Shown: piece after piece, positions 7,942 to 15,621 of the stretch | Position numbering within the stretch: position 1 is the first letter of the stretch | Layout of the letters: each line of letters opens with the position of its first letter | IMG/VR virus record: IMGVR_UViG_3300020045_003199 | Coordinates: 1 to 36,252 of that record | Source: a virus | Lineage: Duplodnaviria; Caudoviricetes | Length of the DNA: 36,252 nucleotides | Reading direction: 5' to 3' (one strand) | Notes under the pieces: generated by a model | The model's database searches: none | Told to the model about the DNA's origin: nothing | Seen by the model: only the letters and a program-made list of their open reading frames with translations | Position numbers and translations under genes: made by a program

Positions 7942-8577
7942 ATGGAGGCCAAGAAAACTTACTCAGAACAACTGAAAGATCCGCGCTGGCAGAAAAAGCG
8001 GCTGGAAATTATGAGCCGAGATAATTTTAAATGCATGGAATGCGGGAGCGGTAAATCGACGCTCAATGTACATCATATAAAATATGAAAAAGGCAATGCA
8101 CCATGGCAATATGAAGATTCAAATTTTAAAACATTATGTGATAATTGTCATTCATTAGAGCATATGACTGATAGAATTATGGCTTCATCAGAACTAGATA
8201 AAAAAATTGAACTGGAACGTGAAATAAATTATTGGGATGATTACGAAATAAATAAAAATATTGACTGGAATGATTTGTTTGAAAATAATACAGATATTCC
8301 GGTTGATCCTGATATGATAAAGCAATTATTACGTGCAAAAGGTGATGAAGAACACGAAAGCGGAAATTTACTTGTAATGTGTATGCTTTATGATTTTTGT
8401 GATGTTATCTCAATCGAAAATATAAATACCATTGTCTTTAAGGTGTATGGCGAATACATAAACTTATTATATTCATATAAGAATATATTGCTTCACTATT
8501 TAAGGCACAACGCACTAAATTCTGACATAAGTATAAAAGCGATTTATATTGATGGTTCTTATAGATTATACGCATGA
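7942..8577 (+). CDS. HNH endonuclease with an extra C-terminal domain
   Basis: LKDPRWQKKRLEIMSRDNFKCMECG..LNVHHIKY..TLCDNCHSLEH. Confidence 0.85.
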   Translation: MEAKKTYSEQLKDPRWQKKRLEIMSRDNFKCMECGSGKSTLNVHHIKYEKGNAPWQYEDSNFKTLCDNCHSLEHMTDRIMASSELDKKIELEREINYWDDYEINKNIDWNDLFENNTDIPVDPDMIKQLLRAKGDEEHESGNLLVMCMLYDFCDVISIENINTIVFKVYGEYINLLYSYKNILLHYLRHNALNSDISIKAIYIDGSYRLYA

Positions 8578-10787
8578 TACAGTCAGCACAGGATTATATT
8601 TCAGAGGGTTTTGGTGCATTGCCTTTGAAATCGAACAAATCACCAATGTTGCCAGAAGGGCATAATTATCTTTATTCGATAATATCAGAAGATAATATTG
8701 ATTCTCTATTTATGAGAGCCGATAAAATAGGCATTGCATGTGGTCAGGTTTCGGACGGTTTTATGTGTTTAGATTTTGATTGCCATGGAGGACAAAACAT
8801 AAGCCAGATATTTAATGAGTACATGCGAAATGAATCAATAAAAAATATTATTGATACCCATTTACTACCTGTTTACAAAACCCCATCCGGCGGGTATCAC
8901 ATTTATTTTAAGGGCGAAGTTAAGAATCACCCAGGAATGTGTTTGTCTAGGTATGAGGATAAAACGGTTATGATTGAGGTTCGTGGCCATGGTCAATATG
9001 TTTGCCTATTTCCTTCATCCGGATATAAGAAACTTTGCGGATCTGAAATAATTAAAGTATCAACAATAAGCAATGACGAAAGGGATATTTTGTTTTCTGT
9101 TGCTACTTCTTTTAACCAAGCAATAACCGCACCTGAAACCGAGAAAAAAGGTACAGGTAAATGGCCGGATAAATTTGATATTACTAAACCTATTGGAAGG
9201 TACAACGAGACAGAACAGGAACATGCAAAAAGTTTACTTTTAAATGCTGGATGGAAATTAGTAAAAGTAAGAAGGACTGATAATGTAGAAATGTGGTTAA
9301 GGCCAGGCAAAGAAGAAAACAGCGCAATAACTCACAGTGCAACTTTCGGAAAGTTTCACAACATGTTTTATGTTTATACTGAATCTGACAGCGTTTTCAA
9401 ATCGTGGACTTCTTACAGTTTATTCGATATTCTTTTAAAACTTAAATTTAATGGGAATTTTAAAGAGGCTACCGACTTTTTAAGTGAGCGATACCAAGAG
9501 AAAACAATTATAATTGATGCTCCTGAAGATGAAGATTTAGTAATTCAGGAAAGAAAAACTATTGATTTTCCTATTGAAGTGTTCCCGAAAAATTTACAGA
9601 CTTTTATAAACATGCTAAATGATACTCTGAACTATTCAAAGGATTTTTTAGCACTTTCGGCCATGTTTACCGTAGCAACAATAAACGGTAATACTTACAA
9701 ATTAAGGGTTAAAAACGGATGGATTGCGCCGTCAGTATTTTGGTTTGCTATTTTAGGGGAACCTGGAACAATGAAAACACACCCTGTTTCAATGATGACC
9801 GGGCCGCTATCAAATATTGATAAGGATAGTAAATTCATTTATGATAACCAGATGAATGACTATGAAATGTTATCAGATAAAGAGCGCAAAGGATTGAAGA
9901 AACCTAGATTTAGGCAAACGCTAATATCTGATTATACATTGGAGGCATTGCACGGGGTACATGATTTTAATAAACGCGGTATTGGTTTGTACAAAGATGA
10001 ATTGATTGGATTTCTTAACGATATGAATAAATACCGCAAGGGTTCAGATGAGCAGTTTTGGCTTGAATCATTCAATAATAAATCATATATTGTTAACCGT
10101 GTAACTAAAGAGCCGTTATATATCGACAATATAAATATAAATATTATCGGAACTATTCAGCCGCTTGAATTGAATAAAATGATAATTAATTACGGGGGTA
10201 ATGGTTTAATAGATAGATTTTTATACTCAGGAGCAGAAAGGGAAATATACCCTCTTTCGAGAAAAGAAATTAGTCAGGATTGGATTGATTGGTGGTATAA
10301 ATCTATTGAAAATAATAACGGGTTTTTTAATTACGGTAATTCAGATGACTGTAAAATAGTATCAATGACTCCGGATGCGCTTGAATTGTTTTATCAAATT
10401 GATAGTGATTTAATTGCACTTCAAAAGGTTGATAATATAACTGCAAACATGAGAGGTTATATTAATAAAATGAAAACATACCTTCCAAGGTTTGCACTCC
10501 TTATGGCCTTGTTTGATCTTATACTTGATGGAACGATTATAAATGTTACTTTGGATCACATGGAACGGGCTAATAAAATAATACAATATTTTACCGAATC
10601 TGCAAAGTCAATATTTAATGAATCGGAGGCCACTATGGAAATTGCGCAAGTTAACAGCTCAATGAATGGTAAAACAAAGAAGGAAAAAATAATTGCACTC
10701 CATAACAAGGGATTTAAAAACGTTCAAATAGCAAAAGAATTGAATGTTGCACCTTCAAACGTGAGCGCAATATTAAAAAAAGTATAA
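8574..10787 (+). CDS. Bifunctional primase-polymerase fused to a DUF3987 P-loop (helicase-like) domain and a C-terminal HTH
   Basis: IGIACG..CLDFD, KTPSGGYHIYF and IEVRGHGQYV (Prim-Pol); FPIEVFP, GEPGTMKT, DELIGF, GTIQP and GLIDRFL (DUF3987); QIAKELNVAPSNVS (HTH). Confidence 0.9.
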   Translation: MIQSAQDYISEGFGALPLKSNKSPMLPEGHNYLYSIISEDNIDSLFMRADKIGIACGQVSDGFMCLDFDCHGGQNISQIFNEYMRNESIKNIIDTHLLPVYKTPSGGYHIYFKGEVKNHPGMCLSRYEDKTVMIEVRGHGQYVCLFPSSGYKKLCGSEIIKVSTISNDERDILFSVATSFNQAITAPETEKKGTGKWPDKFDITKPIGRYNETEQEHAKSLLLNAGWKLVKVRRTDNVEMWLRPGKEENSAITHSATFGKFHNMFYVYTESDSVFKSWTSYSLFDILLKLKFNGNFKEATDFLSERYQEKTIIIDAPEDEDLVIQERKTIDFPIEVFPKNLQTFINMLNDTLNYSKDFLALSAMFTVATINGNTYKLRVKNGWIAPSVFWFAILGEPGTMKTHPVSMMTGPLSNIDKDSKFIYDNQMNDYEMLSDKERKGLKKPRFRQTLISDYTLEALHGVHDFNKRGIGLYKDELIGFLNDMNKYRKGSDEQFWLESFNNKSYIVNRVTKEPLYIDNININIIGTIQPLELNKMIINYGGNGLIDRFLYSGAEREIYPLSRKEISQDWIDWWYKSIENNNGFFNYGNSDDCKIVSMTPDALELFYQIDSDLIALQKVDNITANMRGYINKMKTYLPRFALLMALFDLILDGTIINVTLDHMERANKIIQYFTESAKSIFNESEATMEIAQVNSSMNGKTKKEKIIALHNKGFKNVQIAKELNVAPSNVSAILKKV

Positions 10788-11030
10788 CAAAGTTATATAA
10801 GTTATAGTTATGATACACGCTACACACTTAGATACTGTAAGGATTGAGGCTAAAAGTATAACTTTTATAACATTTGCCTTGTATAAAAAACTATGTGAAG
10901 TAAATAGCAAAAAAGTTATAAAGTTATATTATAATATATTATTTATATATAATATACTTATATATAGAGAGTTAAGAGAATAGAGCAGTATAACTTTTTG
11001 TATAACTTTTATATAACATTAGTATAACTT
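10783..11030. other. Putative replication origin (iteron array around an AT-rich core)
   Basis: AAGTTATA at 10790, 10799, 10913, 10921; TATAACTT at 10857, 10989, 11001, 11023; TATAACAT variants; directly downstream of the replicase. Confidence 0.75.
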
Positions 11031-11044
11031 TAAAACTAAACACC

Positions 11045-11518
11045 ATGCCAACCCCCCTCCACCGCCTCCGCACCCTCGCTCTATCAAATATCAGCGAGAC
11101 ATTACCATATCGTGAATCATTCATACATCAATACAAACCGTCAACAGCAAACGGCCTGACCCGATGTGTTATTGACTGGATAAAGTTCTCAGGTGGCCAG
11201 GCTGAACGGATATCGGTGACCGGCCGTATGATAGACAATACGAAGGTAGTATCTGACGTGATGGGACACCGGCGGATTGTTGGTTCAGTCAGCTATCAAA
11301 AGTCATCAATGACGAAAGGGAGCGCAGATATTTCGGCCATAATTAACGGTAGGTCCGTAAAGATCGAGATCAAGATAGGACGCGACAGGCAGTCCGATGC
11401 ACAGAAACAGTATGAACAGTCAGTTACTAAGGCAGGCGGGGTTTATATTATCGTTCACACGCTGGAAGATTTTGTTAATTGGTGGGATTCACAAGCGATA
11501 CAAACTAAATTATTTTAA
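11045..11518 (+). CDS. VRR-NUC/Holliday-junction-resolvase-like nuclease
   Basis: GSADI...KIEIK...QSDAQKQY...GGVYII. Confidence 0.85.
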   Translation: MPTPLHRLRTLALSNISETLPYRESFIHQYKPSTANGLTRCVIDWIKFSGGQAERISVTGRMIDNTKVVSDVMGHRRIVGSVSYQKSSMTKGSADISAIINGRSVKIEIKIGRDRQSDAQKQYEQSVTKAGGVYIIVHTLEDFVNWWDSQAIQTKLF

Positions 11519-11522
11519 GGTT

Positions 11523-12413
11523 ATGAAAGAGAAATTATTACTAAGTTATTCAGGAGGCAGGACATCAACTATAATGACTAAATGGTGTTTAGAAAACCTT
11601 CAGGAAAAATACGAAATGATCGTTGTATTTGCTAATACAGGAAAAGAACGACCGGAAACGCTTGATTTTATTAAACAGTGTGATAATGCTTTCAAATTTA
11701 ATACTGTTTGGCTGGAATGTATTACTAATCCAATCAGGGGAAAAGGAGTATCTTTTCGAATTGTAGATTACGAATCAGCAAACAGAAACGGAAAGCCCTT
11801 TACTGATATGGTTGCTAAACACGGAATACCATCAGTTAAAAGCCCACACTGCACCCGCGAACTAAAAGCATATACAATTAAGGCTTACGCTCGTTCAATT
11901 GGCTGGAAGCGATATTATACAGCTATAGGTATACGAATGGACGAAATTGATAGGATGAACGAAAAGTACAAAGAAAAAAGATTTGTTTATCCAATGATTG
12001 ACGGTAAAATGTGCCCAATGACGAAAAACGATGTTAATATATTTTGGAGCCAGCAAAGTTTTGACTTGAATCTGAAAACCTATGAGGGTAATTGTGATTT
12101 ATGTTTCAAAAAATCATTCCGTAAGTTATTGACTATTGTAAAAGAGAATCCACAATTAACTGAATATTGGAAAGATTTAGAAAGAAGTTATGATAGTTTT
12201 ATTCCTGAAGGAAAAGTAAAAAGATTAAAACCTCCATTAAGACCTTTTAGAAAAAACATTAGTATTTTTGGTATAATAGAAATGTCAAAAGGTAAATTTG
12301 ATCTAGCAACAAATGAAATCGAAGTAAAAAAGATTTTTAAACAACTTCAGTTATGGGGTGTTGACCTTGATTCAAGTAATGGATGTGAGGAAAGCTGCGA
12401 ACCGTTCCGCTAA
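11523..12413 (+). CDS. PAPS-reductase-family (PP-loop) protein
   Basis: SYSGGRTS, FANTGKE.PETLDF, CTRELK, IGIR.DE..R and GNCDLCF; start reassigned to ATG 11523. Confidence 0.85.
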   Translation: MKEKLLLSYSGGRTSTIMTKWCLENLQEKYEMIVVFANTGKERPETLDFIKQCDNAFKFNTVWLECITNPIRGKGVSFRIVDYESANRNGKPFTDMVAKHGIPSVKSPHCTRELKAYTIKAYARSIGWKRYYTAIGIRMDEIDRMNEKYKEKRFVYPMIDGKMCPMTKNDVNIFWSQQSFDLNLKTYEGNCDLCFKKSFRKLLTIVKENPQLTEYWKDLERSYDSFIPEGKVKRLKPPLRPFRKNISIFGIIEMSKGKFDLATNEIEVKKIFKQLQLWGVDLDSSNGCEESCEPFR

Positions 12414-12417
12414 CCAT

Positions 12418-12485
12418 TGACATATATCACTCCAAACCCTCATAAATCTCATTAACATAGTATTGATTTAATTAATAAATTAGCA
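12418..12485 (+). promoter_or_regulatory. Class-B promoter copy 3
   Basis: TGACATATATCA (12418-12429), TCATAAATCTCA (12440-12451), TAAATTAGCA (12476-12485); offsets 22 and 58. Confidence 0.7.
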
Positions 12486-12487
12486 GT

Positions 12488-12664
12488 ATGAAAAAGATAA
12501 GATTAACCAGGAACGAGACGATTAACATTGTCCTTGCGTTGGATATGATCGAAGAACCGGAAGATATGGAAACGGCAACGCATAAGGAACGGTTGATTAA
12601 CTGGAGTTCGTTAAAATCCGGAATAGCTAAGTTACAGAAACGGATTGATGAAGATAGAATTTAA
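12488..12664 (+). CDS. 58-aa hypothetical protein, not in the ORF track
   Basis: MKKIRLTRNETINIVLALDM...KLQKRIDEDRI*; starts just after the promoter element. Confidence 0.65.
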   Translation: MKKIRLTRNETINIVLALDMIEEPEDMETATHKERLINWSSLKSGIAKLQKRIDEDRI

Positions 12665-12701
12665 TTAATATCTAAAACTAATTTTACCTAAATATAAAAT
12701 C

Positions 12702-12986
12702 ATGAAAAAAACAGGAATTGAATTAATTGCCGAAGAAAGGCAAGAGCAAATTGAAAAACATGGTTGGGATAGCGACCACGATTCACAACACCAATATGGA
12801 GAATTGCGAAAAATGGCTGCTGTTTTATGTTGTGATGGCACAGATGCCAGAGTGGAAGATTATGGAGATTTCTCTACTGGCGAAAATATGTGGGGACTTG
12901 AAAACAAATTGGCAAATGATGAAATACACCGACTGAAAGTTGCAGGCGCTTTAATAGCTGCCGAAATTGATAGGTTGCTGGCCTAA
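12702..12986 (+). CDS. Conserved phage protein (ERqxQ...AGALIAAEIDRL family, possibly MazG-like helical fold)
   Basis: GIELIAEERQEQIEKHGW..HD and LKVAGALIAAEIDRL. Confidence 0.75.
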   Translation: MKKTGIELIAEERQEQIEKHGWDSDHDSQHQYGELRKMAAVLCCDGTDARVEDYGDFSTGENMWGLENKLANDEIHRLKVAGALIAAEIDRLLA

Positions 12987-13025
12987 CCCAACTCAGATTT
13001 AATTAATAATTTAAAACCACAGAAA

Positions 13026-13196
13026 ATGGCACCACAAATCGCATTAATTGTATTGTTAATAGTTGAATTAGCATTACAGGCACACAAACACGGAAAACCA
13101 AGAGAGGATTATAACTTTTAGACTTGGTTAATTTCAGTATCAATAACTACAACACTCCTTATTTGGGGCGGATTCTTTAACCAATTATTTAAATAA
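13026..13196 (+). pseudogene. Small two-TM phage membrane protein interrupted by an in-frame TAG
   Basis: MAPQIALIVLLIVELALQAHKHGKPREDYNF*TWLISVSITTTLLIWGGFFNQLFK*; TAG at 13119-13121. Confidence 0.7.
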
Positions 13197-13202
13197 AACA
13201 CC

Positions 13203-13481
13203 ATGATTTCAATCAAAATTGATGTTACCAAAATCAACAAGGCGAAACTTTACAAAGGTGAAAAAGGCACGTACCTGAACTGCACTTTAATTGATACGCC
13301 AACTTCGCAATACGGTGATTACATGATTGTCGAAGAAACCACGAAAGAGGAACGCGAACAGGGTATAAAGGGGGCGATACTTGGGAATGGTAAAACCATT
13401 AAACCGAAGCAGGAACAGACCACTGCACAGACTGCGCAGGACTTACCGTTAACTCCTGTTGAGGATGATTTGCCTTTTTAA
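13203..13481 (+). CDS. ssb: Single-stranded DNA-binding protein (short type)
   Basis: ISIKIDVTKI..KGEKGTYL..ILGNGK with an acidic C-terminal EDDLPF tip. Confidence 0.75.
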   Translation: MISIKIDVTKINKAKLYKGEKGTYLNCTLIDTPTSQYGDYMIVEETTKEEREQGIKGAILGNGKTIKPKQEQTTAQTAQDLPLTPVEDDLPF

Positions 13482-13533
13482 TTAAAATAAAAATATAGCC
13501 TTGAGCGGGCTTTGTAAAACTCAATCAAATATT

Positions 13534-13719
13534 ATGGATGAAATTAAATTAGGATCAACAGTATGTGACAAAGTAACCGGATTTACCGGAGTAGTTACAG
13601 CAGTATGTAATTATTTGTATACTTCTGCTCGTGTAGAAATAACAGCTACACGGGTAGAATCGGACGGGCAAACACAAAGCCTATGGACTGATATTGCACG
13701 GGTTGAACTCTGTAAGTAA
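13534..13719 (+). CDS. Small conserved phage protein (SH3/KOW-like)
   Basis: IKLGSTVCDKVTGFTGVVTA..YL; start reassigned to ATG 13534. Confidence 0.7.
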   Translation: MDEIKLGSTVCDKVTGFTGVVTAVCNYLYTSARVEITATRVESDGQTQSLWTDIARVELCK

Positions 13720-13723
13720 CTAC

Positions 13724-14104
13724 ATGAAACCCATAACCGCCATATCCCAAATCCTAACAGAGCAGTTTGATACAACACTCGAACAGGTATCAGTCCGTAG
13801 GCGAAACATTGACCGTGTAATCCTGAGGCAGGCTATCCATACCTGCCTAGCGCGGTACTCTGAACTCAGCTATATGGAAATTAGCGACATGACAGGCCGG
13901 CAAGATCACAGCACGGTATCACATTCGAAGCGTTGTGTTGAACGGATGGAAGAACACTGCAAGAAACACGGTGCAGTTGATAAGTTGCTTGATTGCTACA
14001 TGACTGTTGAAACTAACTATCTGCGTATAATGTTGCAGAACTCCGAAAAAGTACAGCGAAAATACAGAAGTTATAAAGAAGAACTAAAAGCGACGAGGGT
14101 ATGA
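13724..14104 (+). CDS. Stand-alone DnaA C-terminal (domain IV, Bac_DnaA_C-like) HTH protein
   Basis: RRRNIDRVILRQAI...LSYMEISDMTGRQDHSTVSHS matches the DnaA R..RQ..SL.EIG..G.RDHxTVxH signature. Confidence 0.8.
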   Translation: MKPITAISQILTEQFDTTLEQVSVRRRNIDRVILRQAIHTCLARYSELSYMEISDMTGRQDHSTVSHSKRCVERMEEHCKKHGAVDKLLDCYMTVETNYLRIMLQNSEKVQRKYRSYKEELKATRV

Positions 14105-14385
14105 AAAAGATAAACCTAGATGAAATTGCGAGCGAATATTTAAAAGGCCATTCATTGAGTACACGGCTTTTTATATATGATTCTATGATAAACGCCATGC
14201 GCGAAGCCTGCCACCAAACTATTGAAATGTGTGCTGAGAATGCAAGGCTAGAATCACGTGTATATATGGTTGGCGGAAACTATATTAGTGAAAATTTAGG
14301 GCAAGAAGTAATAATAGAAGAACCTAATATTTATATTGGTATAGACAAAGAATCAATCCTTTCCACTAAATCCCAGATCATATGA
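14101..14385 (+). CDS. Hypothetical protein
   Basis: AMREAC..E.CAENA..IDKESIL motif; ATGA-coupled. Confidence 0.7.
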   Translation: MKKINLDEIASEYLKGHSLSTRLFIYDSMINAMREACHQTIEMCAENARLESRVYMVGGNYISENLGQEVIIEEPNIYIGIDKESILSTKSQII

Positions 14386-14588
14386 CCCCCTACTCCCGTT
14401 CCGCCCGCGCCGTCCTTTACTCCCTCGCTGCGCTGTTAATCCTGCTTATCTGGATGCTGGCTACATCATGCACCCCACAGAAGTACGTTATAAACGCTTC
14501 AGGCGATACATGCCAACCATGCAAGCGTTACTATGAATTAGTAGGTGATAGTTGCGTATACACGTTAAAACCGAGTAAAATTTATTGA
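14382..14588 (+). CDS. Small putative lipoprotein
   Basis: Hydrophobic signal ending LATSC, followed by Cys residues. Confidence 0.6.
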   Translation: MTPYSRSARAVLYSLAALLILLIWMLATSCTPQKYVINASGDTCQPCKRYYELVGDSCVYTLKPSKIY

Positions 14589-14589
14589 T

Positions 14590-14733
14590 ATGGCATACGA
14601 CGTAATACAGGCCGCAATAGATCAGGCTAAAGGATGCGAATATAAACCAAGCATTATAACTTACATTGTTTCAAAAACAGGTAAGATTAAAATAGTTAAA
14701 GTAAAAATTAAACCCAAACGCAGCGAGATATGA
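14590..14733 (+). CDS. 47-aa basic hypothetical protein, not in the ORF track
   Basis: MAYDVIQAAIDQAKG...KIKPKRSEI*; fills the gap exactly with an ATGA overlap. Confidence 0.55.
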   Translation: MAYDVIQAAIDQAKGCEYKPSIITYIVSKTGKIKIVKVKIKPKRSEI

Positions 14734-15104
14734 AAGCACAGGAACTTCGCGTAGGAAACTACATATATAACGGATGGTTAAGCGTCCACAATAGCGTTAC
14801 ACAAGTAACCAGCACAGAAATAGGATATTTAGAAAGTTTCCCAGATCATGATGTTTACCAGCCTGTACCACTAACCGAAGAATGGTTGGTTAAGTTTGGG
14901 TTTGAAAAGTTGAACCACAAAATGAGTAATTGTACCGTTTTTATTAAGGGATGTTGGAGGATAGCAACCAACGATTTTTTAAACTATTCTTTATGGCACG
15001 AAAGAATAAGTCCTCCAACGTGGTCGCTATCATACCTCCAATACGTCCATCAACTCCAAAACCTTTACCACGCTTTAACAGGGGAGGAACTCACATGTAT
15101 ATAA
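14730..15104 (+). CDS. Conserved Bacteroidota-phage-type hypothetical protein
   Basis: ELRVGNY..PVPLTEEWLVKFGF..YVHQLQNLYHALTGEEL. Confidence 0.8.
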   Translation: MKAQELRVGNYIYNGWLSVHNSVTQVTSTEIGYLESFPDHDVYQPVPLTEEWLVKFGFEKLNHKMSNCTVFIKGCWRIATNDFLNYSLWHERISPPTWSLSYLQYVHQLQNLYHALTGEELTCI

Positions 15105-15280
15105 TAATCGGCTACAAACTAAACAACGGATTCGGATATACCGAACTACCGGAACCAATCGAAGTAGAAAGTATTACTAAGATTGAGGAATTCGAACGGG
15201 CAACAGAGCGAAAACTAGGCGGTGGCGTTACAGTTGACGCTGCGTATCGTACTAAATTTATCAACAAACGGAGCGAATAG
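15095..15280 (+). CDS. Hypothetical protein
   Basis: Start reassigned to ATG 15095 (MYIIIGYKL...). Confidence 0.55.
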   Translation: MYIIIGYKLNNGFGYTELPEPIEVESITKIEEFERATERKLGGGVTVDAAYRTKFINKRSE

Positions 15281-15301
15281 GGGGAAATGGGGTTAAATTT
15301 G
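15258..15301 (+). promoter_or_regulatory. Class-A late promoter (terminase): TTATCAACA plus TAAATTTG
   Basis: Box at 15258-15266, -7 element at 15294-15301 (36-nt offset). Confidence 0.7.
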
Positions 15302-15321
15302 CTGTTAATTATCTGTAATAT

Positions 15322-15621
15322 ATGGCACGCAAAGGAGGCAACCCAGCCGGACTAAAACCATTTGTTAAAGGGCCAGACCCGCGAAGATGTACAAGCGGGA
15401 AGAAAGGTATGCCACTAAAAGAGGCTTTAGAACTAGCTTTGGGCGAAGTTGGATTGGATGAAATAGTAAAGAAACTTTGTGAACTAGCCCGCAAAGGCGA
15501 CCTCAAAGCAATCGACATGTTTATGGATCGCTACTATGGTAAAGTATCACAGCCTATTGAACACGACATACCGCAAGGCCTACAAATCACAATCGTAAAG
15601 CACACTAAAGATGCAGATTGA
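15322..15621 (+). CDS. Terminase small subunit (putative)
   Basis: LKPFVKGPDPRR..G, A.KGDLKAI..MDR..GK..Q; immediately upstream of TerL. Confidence 0.75.
   Translation: MARKGGNPAGLKPFVKGPDPRRCTSGKKGMPLKEALELALGEVGLDEIVKKLCELARKGDLKAIDMFMDRYYGKVSQPIEHDIPQGLQITIVKHTKDAD

Noticed and set aside
10783-11030. CRISPR-like array
   Set aside because: Repeats are about 8 bp, in both orientations and irregularly spaced; this fits iterons
11397-11522. Extended N-terminus of the PAPS-reductase ORF (likewise track starts at 76, 1926, 13501, 13694, 14951, 18015, 19168, 22846 and 34950)
   Set aside because: These overlap upstream genes or leader structures; downstream ATGs fit operon packing and family N-termini better
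11523-12413. Complete Dnd/Ssp phosphorothioation or 7-deazaguanine system
   Set aside because: No dndA/D/E, ssp, queC/D/E, folE or dpdA partners recognisable
13119-13121. Amber stop-codon reassignment
   Set aside because: Long genes are uninterrupted in the standard code, TAG ends several clear genes and no suppressor tRNA was seen
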